Shown here: piece after piece, positions 45,701 through 56,539 of the stretch | Layout: the number at the start of each line of letters is the position of its first letter | How positions within the stretch are numbered: position 1 is the first letter of the stretch | Source: Macrostomum lignano | Lineage: Eukaryota | Direction: 5' to 3' | Assembly: GCA_002269645.1 (NCBI GenBank) | Contig: NIVC01002443.1 | Coordinates: 62,001-126,000, forward strand | Length of the DNA stretch: 64,000 nt | Position numbers and translations under genes: made by a program | Notes under the pieces: generated by a model | Database searches by the model: none | What the model was told of the DNA's origin: nothing | The model's input: only the letters and a program-made list of their open reading frames with translations

Positions 45701-48700
45701 CAGTCGTCGTCGCCTCCTTTTACGACCCATTTTACGAAAATTTAACGGTTTCATACATGACAGTGGATTAAATCAAATTTTCGTGGTTTCGTTCCTTCGA
45801 GACTCTCTCTGCAAAAAATTCATTTCAACTTACAGTATAATTATCAAAACAGCTTCTCAATTAAAATATTAATACCCAATGAGTACTAGTAGTAATACTC
45901 GTATATATAAGAGGACTTTTAACACCTTTATTTCCTTTATGATAATGAAATAGTAATATATTGAATAGCCTCACTATAGTCATATTTCAGTATTAAATAA
46001 CTTTTGAGAGCTTCAGAATATAAAAGCGTATGATGACAAATCTCAATCTACTGTCCATAAGTATCTGGTGTCACCTGTTGAATGTCCAGAAGCTCCGTCT
46101 GGGCGAAGGCCGGTGACAAAAGAAGTAACGATGTATATTTTTTGTTAAATTTTATCTTTGTGTTATCAATTTATCCAGATTTAGAAGTAATTTAAAATCA
46201 TGTTTTACGAGTCTTTTTGACATTGTGATATTTTCAGTTCTACTTCAAGTAACTCGTAATTTCATTTTCGCTTGTTGTTTATTTAATTAAAGGTGCTTCA
46301 GGCAGCAAGACACGGATATTTACGACGCTCTGATGAAAGAGGTAAATTTTTTATTTGACATTAAAAGTTTGCTACACGATTTATTAATAGGCTTTCAAAT
46401 TGCTTCAGGGGCACGGCACCATGGGACAGGGGGACATGTACATGTACCAGCTCTAGACGGTTATGCCAATGCTCTGTGCCCCTTAGTGAACCTGCTATGA
46501 AAAAAAATTGCTTTACAGCACCAAAATCAGTGCCTGCAGAGCCTAAATGAGTGTCTGCACAGTCAAAATGAGTGTCTGCACAGTCAAAATGAGTGTCTGC
46601 ACAGTCAAAATGAGTGTCTGCACAGTCAAAATGAGTGTCTGCACAGTCAAAATGAGTGTCTGCACAGTCAAAATGAGTGTCTGCACAGTCAAAATGAGTG
46701 TCTGCACAGTCAAAATGAGTGTCTGCACAGTCAAAATGAGTGTCTGCACAGTCAAAATGAGTGTCTGCACAGTCAAAATGAGTGTCTGCACAGTCAAAAT
46801 GAGTGTCTGCACAGTCAAAATGAGAGCTAGCGACAACACAAATTCTCAATATAATGTACATGTACATGTAGCATTCTTTGGCTTTGTCCCCCGCACCATA
46901 AAATCCATGGGGACGCCTCTGAATTGCTTCGAACGTTGACATTCAAAACGCCACTATTGAAGGCCAGCGAGGAAGAAAACGACGCCGAATTCATGACGCC
47001 ATTTCACTGGGCCTGCCGACAAGCCAGAAAAAAGGAGGCCATGCTGATGGTAAAGAAGAATTCGAAACTGCTCGGAAAAGTGGACGCCCAATTGAGAACT
47101 GGGCTGCACTGGGCTGTGCTGGCGAACAGCACTGGCCTGGTCAAGGCGCTGCTGCAGTTGAAAACTGAGCCCAACCAACCAGCTACTGTTCTATCGAAGT
47201 GCTTGAACGCTGGAGACTTTCAGGGCAAAAGTCCGCTGCACTACGCCGCAGAAGCTGGTAACTTAAATGTGAGCAGGCAACTGTTTAAAATTTTTGTCAT
47301 GTACATGCAGATTTGTTATTGCCATGCACCAACAGTCCTTGGTGGGCGCCCCTGTCTCATCGATGGGCCTCTAAATTTTGGTGGCGCTTCCCTGTCTCTT
47401 GTCAGGCGCACCGGTTTCTTTGTTGGCGCCCCCTGTCTCTTTGTGGGCGTCCCTGTCTCTTGATGGGCATCCCTGTCTCTTGGTGGCCCCCCTGTCTCTT
47501 GGTGGGTCCCCCTGTCTCTTGATGGGCACCCCCCCCCCCTGTCTCTTGATGGGCGTCCCTGTCTCTTGGTGGCCCCCTGTCTCTTGGTGGGCACCCTTGT
47601 CTCTTGGTGGGCACCCCTGTCTCTTGGTGGGCACCCCTGTCTCTTGGTGGGCACCCCTGTCTCTTGATGGGCACCCCCTGTCTCTTGGTGGCCCCCTGTC
47701 TCTTGGTGGGCACCCCTGTCTCTTGATGGGCACCCCCTGTCTCTTGATGGGCACCCCCTGTCTCTTGGTGGCCCCCTGTCTCTTGGTGGGCACCCCTGTC
47801 TCTTGATGGGCACCCCTGTCTCTTGATGGGCACCCCTGTCTCTTGATGGGCACCCCTGTCTCTTGATGGGCACCCTCTGTCTCTTGGTGGCCCCCTGTCT
47901 CTTGGTGGGCACCCCTGTCTCTTGATGGGCACCCCCTGTCTCTTGATGGGCACCCCCTGTCTCTTGGTGGCCCCCTGTCTCTTGGTGGCCCCCTGTCTCT
48001 TGGTGGGCACCCCTGTCTCTTGATGGGCACCCCTGTCTCTTGATGGGCACCCCCTGTCTCTTGGTGGCCCCCTGTCTCTTGGTGGGCGTCCCTGTCTCTT
48101 TATGGGCGTCCCTGTCTATTTATGGGCGTCCCTGTCTCTTTATGGGCGTCCCTGTCTCTAAGGTGGGTGCCTCTCAGTCTCTGTGAGCGCTACTACCCCT
48201 GTCTTAGGCGGGTGGATGCCACGACCAAGAGGAGGCAAACGTTGAACTTCACAAACTGCAAAAGCTTTCGTTCACTAATACATGTACCTACTTAATGGGA
48301 GCTAAAGTTAGATCGATTGCAAAACTTTTCGTCCCAGCCTAATTTATTTGAAAACAGAGCGAAATGTTTTACAATTTGGACGAATTCGATTGCAACTAGG
48401 CATATTTTCGTTTTCTTGCGGGCAAAAAAATCTCAAGCTGTCTTGTTTCTTAGGTCCAGACCAGGGGTTGGAAAGCTGTTTTACTTCCACAATTTCAATG
48501 GATCCGAGGGCCGGATAGAAAGTCTTCACGGGCCAGATTTTGCCAACCCCTTAGTCTAGAAGTCTTTAGCGAGACACCCGAGTGTCAAGCAGTTCCCACA
48601 TTGTTGTCAATATCCAATAGCAATGGTCGCTTTCAGAAGTTGTTTTCAAATTTTGAAGAATGTGTATTATCTGAAACTAAGAAATCAAACTAAATCCTTG

Positions 48701-51700
48701 CTTATCCGCTTAATTTGGCACAGATCTTCAAAGACCTAGTCGACTGTGGCGCTAAACTAACGGCAATCGACAACGACTGCAGGACTCCATTGCACTTGGC
48801 CGTTAAAATGGGCCACGCGGACTTTGTGAAAAAAAGCTTGGATTATCTTGAAAAGTTGAAGACAGAAAGCTCAGATAAAGAAACGAAAGAGCAAATGTTG
48901 TTGAAGCAGCACATGTCGATCCAGATTCGGGCGATGGAGCATCGGGACATCAGTGGCATGACCTGCCTTTTGATTGCAGCGGAGCAGGGACACCCGATGC
49001 TATTCGAACATCTTCTAAAATTCAAAGCTGATTTTACTGCCAAGTAAGCATATATTTTAACTACTCGTACATTTGAAAAGTTTATAAAGTATCACAAGAG
49101 TGCTTTTACATGCTTAATGATGCTTTGTCGCTTAGAGACAACATTGGTCGCAACGCTCTGATGCTTAGTGTTGGCGGTGGGCATCGAGACATTGCTAAAA
49201 AAATTCTCGACAAAGGCTTGGATGTCAATGCCACTGACGTCAACCAGGTGAATTTTGTCTATGTGTATGTTTTTTTCTGTCTTTGCTTCTGTCTTGGCTT
49301 CAAGTTTGATTTCTTGGATTTGGTGTAGCTGTCTTGTTTTCTGTCTTGGTCTTTGTCTTGGTATCTGTCTTGGATTCAAGTTTGATTTCTGCCTTGGTAT
49401 ATCTGTCTGTTTGTCTGCCTTACCTATCATCATTTTGTTGAAAAAAATCCTCAAAGCCATTTTCCACACGCCAGAACACGGCTCTGCACTATGCCTGCAA
49501 GCACCCTGACCCCGTGAGCTGTCTGGACTTTCTCTTGGAGCACGGCGCCAAGCTGCAGCAGAATGGCATCGAGGAAACTCCACTTGACGTGGCGTTGATG
49601 AATCAAAACGAACGGGCTATTCAACTTTTTCTATCCGAGAAGTAGTGAGTTAAATGTAAAATATCGAGTCAATTCTTCGAAACTGCGTTTATTTATTTAC
49701 TATCAATACTTTTCAATTGGAAAACCATTTACAGTTTTGACTACACGATGTCCTACAGAAAGGCTGACGGCTACAGTCACATGAAGGACTTCATTAAACA
49801 CATGCCAGATGCTGCCATGGTGCGTTCAGCGTTTTCGTTGAAATAAGTAATAAATTAACTTTATTGTTCTCAGAGCAAGTAGTCTACAGTAAAGCTTTTA
49901 CAACTAGGTTTGAGCAAACTGGCAGAAAAGAAAAAATGATCAGATCCATTAAGTTCCCTTTCGTGCCAAACTGTTTGCTTCGAACTCTATTAACAAAAAA
50001 CAACTGCTATGCTGGATGTCTGAAGGGTTCGGTTCAAGCACACTGCCTAATGACAATGATGGTTGAAGAATGGCATGAGAGATCGAGAAACTTGACCTCT
50101 AGCTGTTTAGGTTGCGTATTTTCCAGTTCCAGTCCAATGAGACTTGAAGTTGCCACTTTCCAGCTGGTTCTAAACCGGTCTGTTACGAAGCATAGTAGTG
50201 AACATGCTGACTTCCTGGTAAGTTAAAAAAGCTATTACGCTCGTAACCATCACAAAAGTTTAACCAGTTAAATTGAAATTCTAGTATTTCCCTTTCTTTC
50301 AATCAGGTTGAGTACAACTTTGACCACCTGGATCCGGGTCCTGACGAGGCTCCAACGCACAAACATCGCAGCAAGGCTCTGTTGAAAATAGTAGAGTATA
50401 AACGCATTGAGTTGCTGAAGCATCCGGTTACCACGTCTTTATTGGAAAGCAAAATGCAAGTTTATTTATCATCATAGTATTCATTCATAGTATTTATTTT
50501 TTATTATCATCCTTCGTGTATGTTGTTATGTTGTTATGCCAGTTATTTTTGCTTCTACGTGTTCGATCTAGTTTAGTTTAACTTTTTCAACCCAGCTTCG
50601 CAGATTCAAAATTGATTTCGCTTGTTAAGCAGATATTTTGCCAGATTTTTTGTGCAGACACGACCCGGTTTTTTGCAATCTAAAGAGTTTAAAAATTCTA
50701 AAAGGTTAAAGGATGAAGTCTCCATCCAAACTTTATTCAGCAACACAAATTTTGCGATTTAGATTTACAAATGCCAATGGACCTAGGAAAGTTGTGTACA
50801 ACTGACTTTTAAAAGCCTATCATATCACTTCCTAATTGCAGAGGGATTACTGGCTTCATATTCAGTTTGGATATTATGCTGTATCTCCTGTTTCTTAGCT
50901 GCCTAACCGCCTTCGTTGTTTTGAACATGCCTCCTAAGACGTCGACGCCTTTTACCACGGCAATCTGCTTCAACGACAGTAACAAAAGCAGCTTTGGTTG
51001 GACAAACAACTTTTACCGACTCGTAAGTCAGTAATATATACTGGTCTTCAGATCATACTTAGAATATAAATTTTATAACATTTTTCTAATTTAATTTGAA
51101 ACGGCACCATCATTAACAGGAGGACGCTAAAGAACCGTTTAAATCACGCCTTCCTGTAGCTATCACATTAGGAATTCGGTTGTTTGTCGGCTTTATCAAA
51201 ACTTTATTGAAGGTAAAAAAACTGTCTGTTTATTGCGCAAGATTCAAGAGTACTTTTTTGCAACTTACCCCTGCACTTTGCAGCTTTATGATTGGAAAAA
51301 TAATTGTTCATCCTAAGAATTTTCTTTACGCAACTCTTTACGCGTTAACAATTGCTTTCATCCTACCGATTGGCTCCTGTTCGCATTCCTACAACTCTGC
51401 CTTCGGATGTTCAGCGTAGCCATGGCCTGGAGTCTACTTTTGTTCATCTTTGAATAGTGAGTCAGTTGATTTTGTCAAATACATTGATTTTTATTTTTGA
51501 ATACTACTCATAAATGCGATCGTAATTGCGCTTTTAGTTTTCCCGTCTGGGGAATCTATCCGGCTATGTTTCAACGAGTGGTGACCTCGCTGCTGAAGGT
51601 GCTGCTAATGCATCTCTACTTGTTCGTTGGCTTCAGCCTGGCCTTCTGCATCGGCATGGGCTCTACCGTATGTCGCCATAGCTAATTTTGTATAATATTG

Positions 51701-53572
51701 TAATAAATAATACCTGTATTAGAGTATCTCAAAAAATCCATTTTATTTGATTCATTGAAGCATTTTTTATATTACTAGCGTGGTTTTGATAATCAATACC
51801 TTTTATTAAAACATTTTAGGATATGTTTGAATACTTCTTCTTATCGCTGTTAAAGACATTCGATATGACTGCAGGCGAGCTGGATTACGTCGAAATTTTC
51901 TTTGAGAAGACTAATAGTTTCTCGGCTGAAATGCGGGTTGGCATTCTGCTGTTTTTTATTGTATTTGTCATTATTATGCCGATTTGTCTAGTCAACATGC
52001 TGGTGAGTAGTCTCATGCTTTGTGAGTAGTCTCATCCTGTCGTGAGTAGTCTCATCCTGTAGTGAGTAGTCTCATCCTGTCGTCAGTAGTCTCATGCTTT
52101 ATGAGTAGTCTCATGCTTTGTGAGTAGTCTCATGCTTTATGAGTAGTCTCATGCTTTATGAGTAGTTTCATGCTTTATGAGTAGTCTCATGCTGTAGTGA
52201 GTAGTCTCATGCTGTAGTGAGTAGTCTCATGCTGTAGTGAGTAGTCTCATGCTGTAGTGAGTAGTCTCATGCTGTAGTGAGTAGTCTCATGCTGTAGTGA
52301 GTAGTCTCATGCTTTCGTGAGTAGTCTCATGCTGTAGTGAGTAGTCTCATGCTGTAGTGAGTAGTCTCATGCTGTAGTGAGTAGTCTCATGCTGTAGTGA
52401 GTAGTCTCATGCTGTAGTGAGTAGTCTTATGCTGTAGTGAGTAGTCTCATGCTTTCGTGAGTAGTCTCATGCTGTAGTGAGTAGTCTCATGCTGTAGTGA
52501 GTAGTCTCATGCTGTAGTGAGTAGTCTCATGCTGTAGTGAGTAGTCTCATGCTGTAGTGAGTAGTCTCATGCTGTAGTGAGTAGTCTCATGCTGTAGTGA
52601 GTAGTCTCATGCTGTAGTGAGTAGTCTCATGCTGTAGTGAGTAGTCTCATGCTGTAGTGAGTAGTCTCATGCTGTAGTGAGTAGTCTCATGCTGTAGTGA
52701 GTAGTCTCATGCTTTCGTGAGTAGTCTCATGCTTTCGTGAGTAGTCTCATGCTTTCGTGAGTAGTCTCATGCTTTCGTGAGTAGTCTCATGCTTTCGTGA
52801 GTAGTCTCATGCTTTCGTGAGTAGTCTCATGCTTTCGTGAGTAGTCTCATGCTTTCGTGAGTAGTCTCATGCTTTCGTGAGTAGTTTCATGCTGTAGTGA
52901 GTAGTCTCATGCTGTAGTATGTATTCTCATGATGTAGTGAATAGTCTCATCCTGTCATGAGTATTCTCATGCTTTAGTGAGTGGTCCTATGCTGATGACT
53001 ATCAACCGCCTGCTTATAGCTCATTGAGTTCTTTTAACTTCCAGGTCGGTATCGCTGTTGGCGACATTGATAAACTAACGAAAGTGGCCAGTCTCAAGAT
53101 GGAGCACTATCGAGTAAGTTAACACGGATGCATTTGTGAAACAAAACTTTAAACAGAAAAAAATTTGCTTGTTTATGTATTGAACGCTAGCTTTGACACT
53201 TGTCTCAAATAAAGGATTGACTTTCGAAATCCCGAATCTTTGCAAAGCTATATTGTATCATATTTGCCGTTTCTAATTCATTTGCAGATCAATATAATTT
53301 ATGATTTGGAGGATTTCCGAAGGAAATTCTGCAAGTACATTTTCGGTTGCCTGAGCTGCTGCATATGCGCGCACCAGAGGTCGTATTCATTCAAGATGAA
53401 TTCAACAAACAAAGCAAAGCAGTGCTGTGTCTGTTGTTGTTATGTCACGGACTTTTGCACCTGTTTCTACACTTTTAAATGGTTTAAACCTTTTCGAGAC
53501 CAAAAGCGTTATAGAAAGTGGCTAAATGAATACGGCGGCAAGATCGAGAGGGACCCGCTAGCAAAGGACTGA
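36718..53572 (+). CDS. TRPA1: TRPA1-like transient receptor potential channel (about 12 ankyrin repeats + 6 TM); contains apparent frameshifts as given
   Basis: Exons: 36718..36840 (or ..36873), optional 41555..41617 / 42067..42132 / 43815..43880, then 44124..44229, 44324..44421, 44500..44547, 45279..45403, 46293..46341, 46963..47268, 48724..49043, 49136..49247, 49475..49644, 49735..49819, 50164..50217, 50307..50455, 50842..51022, 51120..51212, 51284..51456, 51538..51667, 51820..52002, 53045..53113, 53288..53572. Ankyrin motifs TPLMLAA, GNTMLHYA, RTGLHWA, GKSPLHYA, RTPLHLA, NTALHYA. TRPA hallmarks HMPDAAM-LVLN, VEYNF, RIELLKHPV, WGIYPAMF, SLLKTFDMTAGELDY, MPICLVNMLVGIAVGDI. Orthology within TRPA is not established. 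Confidence 0.85.
37231..37324. repeat. Interstitial telomere-like (CCCTAA)n tract
   Basis: About 15 units of ccctaa (TTAGGG on the minus strand), a few degenerate. Confidence 0.85.
37435..37890. repeat. (ATTAG)n pentanucleotide satellite
   Basis: Direct inspection. Confidence 0.9.
37949..41459. repeat. 32-bp satellite, about 110 copies (3.5 kb), in the first TRPA intron
   Basis: Unit gagagtcactcctgatcaatcatcgattctat. Confidence 0.97.
41555..41617 (+). CDS. Candidate cassette mini-exon X1 of the TRPA gene (63 nt, phase 0/0): LLLAYDWSNKATKKGCKCCNP
   Basis: acacag|CTT...CCG|gtaagg; open frame; flanks homologous to X2 and X3. Confidence 0.6.
42067..42132 (+). CDS. Candidate cassette mini-exon X2 (66 nt, phase 0/0): VSICVSAKVNEKLEKQPWKNMQ
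   Basis: tcacag|GTT...CAG|gtatgg; open frame. Confidence 0.65.
42245..42812. repeat. 28-bp satellite related to the 32-bp satellite
   Basis: Unit gagagtcactcctaatcatccaccacat; shares gagagtcactcct(g/a)atc with the 32-mer. Confidence 0.93.
43815..43880 (+). CDS. Candidate cassette mini-exon X3 (66 nt, phase 0/0): ILRESAAPVNEGQKTLFWKNIP
   Basis: atcgcag|ATT...CCG|gtaaag; open frame; shares VNE.....WKN with X2. Confidence 0.65.
46406..46921. mobile_element. Non-autonomous hAT-like element (516 bp) carrying a 21-bp minisatellite
   Basis: Perfect 8-bp TSD AATTGCTT (46398-46405 and 46922-46929). Imperfect TIRs caggggcac..ccatgg and ccatggggacgcctctg. Internal array (gagtgtctgcacagtcaaaat)n at about 46548-46823. 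Confidence 0.8.
47340..48150. repeat. About 20-bp GC-rich minisatellite in a TRPA intron
   Basis: Unit gggcacccctgtctcttgat / ...ttggt. Confidence 0.92.
48462..48552. mobile_element. Short hAT (Charlie-like) MITE
   Basis: TIRs caggggttggaaa and ttgccaacccctt, internal gagggccggata motif, degenerate TSD gtccagac/gtctagaa. A related end occurs at 63350. Confidence 0.6.
52003..52990. repeat. 19-20-bp minisatellite starting at the 5' splice site of the TRPA S6 exon
   Basis: Unit gtgagtagtctcatgctgta / ...gctttc, roughly 45-50 copies. Confidence 0.95.
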
Positions 53573-54747
53573 CGACATTGCTAACTTCTTCGGACTACGC
53601 TAAGGTCAACTTTAATTGAAACATAATTTATATTCCCAATTAAAAACTGAAGCGCGCAAACTAAAACAAAAGTATATAAGAAGACTAAATTTCAGGAAGC
53701 TGTAAAACTACACACTTATGTTCCACATTTTAACAAAAAACAGCAATTTCTGGCGCTTGTCAGTAAATTTTTAATCTCTAGCTGTTGTATTTATACTATT
53801 AATATTAGCGAAATATTTATAGATAGCAAAAGTTTCTGATTTTTGTAAATACGCTCGCAGTAATTAATTGTTATTCAATCGTTTAATATAAAGTCATCTC
53901 ATTTAAAAAACATATCATAAAAGACTGTTTCTATCCAAAAAATGCTTTGCTGGTACAACAGCACGAGTTAAAAATAGTGTTATTGTGGTGCGGTTAGCTA
54001 AAAATTCTAGATTTAAAATACATCCATTTTTTCTTTTGAAATTTATAACTAAGCTAACCTCTATTTGTACTTTCTAAAGCATATTTGTCGTTTTTTCGTG
54101 ACTACGCAATGTTTTTGTTATTATTGATGAAAAGCATTAAAACAGTTTTTAAAGACTGATAAATATTTGGTTTTCTTTCCTAATATTTTAATCCCGCTAA
54201 TGCGTCGTTTAAATTTTTTTCATAGTCGTTCTTTTCGTTATTTGGAGTTGATATTTGTTATTTTATTCCCCCTATAAAATATTTTTTTGTTTTAAATGCA
54301 CAGTACCTTAGCTTACAATATACGAGCTGTAGTGTTGCATTTTATTGTTTCAAATTATATTTAAATATGATTATTTTCCGGCTTTGTATGGACGGAAGTG
54401 TAACTTGTCCGGTATATTTAAATACTTAGCGAATGAGGCTAGTAGAGTACTAGAGTACTTTTATTTGCTATAGTAAAAGAAATACAGTTCTCATTTTTCT
54501 TATATCTTATTATTAAATGAGTACACTTAAAGACTGATATTATAACATACCACGTTTTCAATATTGCCTAGACTGGTTGATCTACATCCAAGACTGCCAC
54601 ACGCATGAATTAAAACATATGAGTAGAATTTCTTGGAAACAGAACCCAAATGAAACCAACTAGCATATACGATCGATTTAGAACCCTGCGATACTCGTAT
54701 AATACTTTACGCACAAAGTTAAACAGCTAAAGCGGATGTCAAGGGGG

Positions 54748-54900
54748 TTGTAGCCTATAATGGTTAAAAGTGTCGGACTCGCGACTTTAAGGTCGGGGGT
54801 TCGATTCCCGATCCCACACGGAGCAGTTTGTGTCCTTGAGCAAGACACTTAAACTCTGCATTGCTTCAGTTCACCCAGCTGTAAAATGGGTGCCAGAATT
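54748..54900 (+). mobile_element. tRNA-derived CORE-SINE copy
   Basis: Box A-like tagcctataatggttaa and box B ggttcgattcc, then gtgtccttgagcaagacacttaaactctgcattgcttcagttcacccagctgtaaaatggg (MIR-CORE-like). Confidence 0.8.
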
Positions 54901-55126
54901 AGTTGTCCTTGAATGGAAATAGTTAGAAAAAATTGCTACAAACAATACAATGCATTGGGTGTACACTATAGTAACTATAATATTGATTCGCTTGCAAAAT
55001 AGCAAGTGGAAGCTATAATCGATTGAAACACCCCGAGTCGGAATATAAAGAGTCTTAAGCCTTTCAGGCTCTGCATACACAGATATAATGGCAGAGTTAG
55101 CTACTAACTAGTTGTGTTGCAAGCAG

Positions 55127-56472
55127 ATCCCAGACTTAAAGCAGTCAATGCCAAACGACCAGTCACCACAGCAGCGCGACCAGCTGCAGACAGCCTCTGA
55201 CAATCTTGAACTGGCTATCGAGGCCATCGACAAGCACTTTCTCAATCGGCTTCGTGACAAGTCGACCGTGGCAGTCGATTCGGGCAGTTCCCCCAGCGCC
55301 AAATCCAAATCTGGTGGCAGCAAGAAGGAGAAATCGCTTCTGCCCGTGTACAAGCCCACCTTGGCGCATCTGGCCAGGTTTCACAAGCTCCAGCGTCTTT
55401 GCGATGGTCTCGAAAAGTTTGCCGAAGTTTTTCGTGAACTCCATGGAAGGCGTGGCGACGTGCCCAGCCAGCTGGAGGGACAGGTGAACTCGTTCGGTGG
55501 TCAGGCCCAGTCCGTGAGTTGGAGGGACTGAGGAACAGGATGAAGGGTTACTGAGACAGATTGACACTGAGACAGATTGACACTGAGACAGATTGACACT
55601 GAGACAGATTGACACTGAGACAGATTGACACTGAGACAGATTGACACTGAGACAGATTGACACTGAGACAGATTGACACTGAGACAGATTGACACTGAGA
55701 CAGATTGACACTGAGACAGATTGACACTGAGACAGATTGACGCTGAGACACTGACAGATTGACACTGAGACAGATTGACACTGAGACAGGTTGACACTGA
55801 GACAGGTTGACACTGAGACAGATTGACACTGAGACAGACTGACACTGAGACAGACTGACACTGAGACAGATTGACACTGAGACAGATTGACACTGAGACA
55901 GATTGACACTGAGACACTGACAGATTGACACTGAGACAGATTGACACTGAGACAGGTTGACACTGAGACAGATTGACACTGAGACAGACTGACACTGAGA
56001 CAGACTGACACTGAGACAGATTGACACTGAGACAGATTGACACTGAGACAGATTGACACTGAGACAGACTGACACTGAGACAGACTGACACTGAGACAGA
56101 TTGACACTGAGACAGACTGACACTGAGACAGATTGACATTGAGACAGATTGACACTGAGACAGACACAAACACTCAGACAGACAGAAGCGCAGGACCAAT
56201 TTCCACTGTCCCCCCAGCTCACGGCCCAGATCCGAGACCAGTGGGCCACCAAGAAGGCCGCACTTGACGCGGCCTACTGCCTGCAGTACGTGAAGGCCTT
56301 GGAGTTCAAAATCAGCGAGCTGCACAAGCTCTGCTCAAGACTGCTGGACACCTGCTTCGATTTGTTGAGATCGGCGAAAAGTGCCGGCGTGAGTCGTCTG
56401 CCGATCAGTCAGGAGTTGGTGATGGAGATTGCCGAAGGCTTGCCTGAGAAATACACGGCTGAGACTGGATAG
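55127..56472 (+). CDS. Unidentified two-exon alpha-helical protein (about 214 aa from ATG 55148), or extra 3' exons of the TRPA gene
   Basis: Exons 55127(ATG 55148)..55513 and 56194..56472. Phase-0 GT-AG intron filled with a 16-bp repeat. GC-rich, gene-like codon usage. No family recognised. Confidence 0.6.
55549..56185. repeat. 16-bp minisatellite
   Basis: Unit tgagacagattgacac. Confidence 0.95.
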
Positions 56473-56539
56473 GGTGTGAGTGGGGTTTTGTGAGTGTGAT
56501 CATCTGTGAATTCATATGAGTGCATGTGTGTTAGTTATT

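Noticed and set aside
54748-54830. Possible tRNA gene
   Set aside because: It has A and B boxes but I could not fold a convincing cloverleaf, and it runs directly into a CORE domain, so it is a SINE head. The same applies to 14540-14612.
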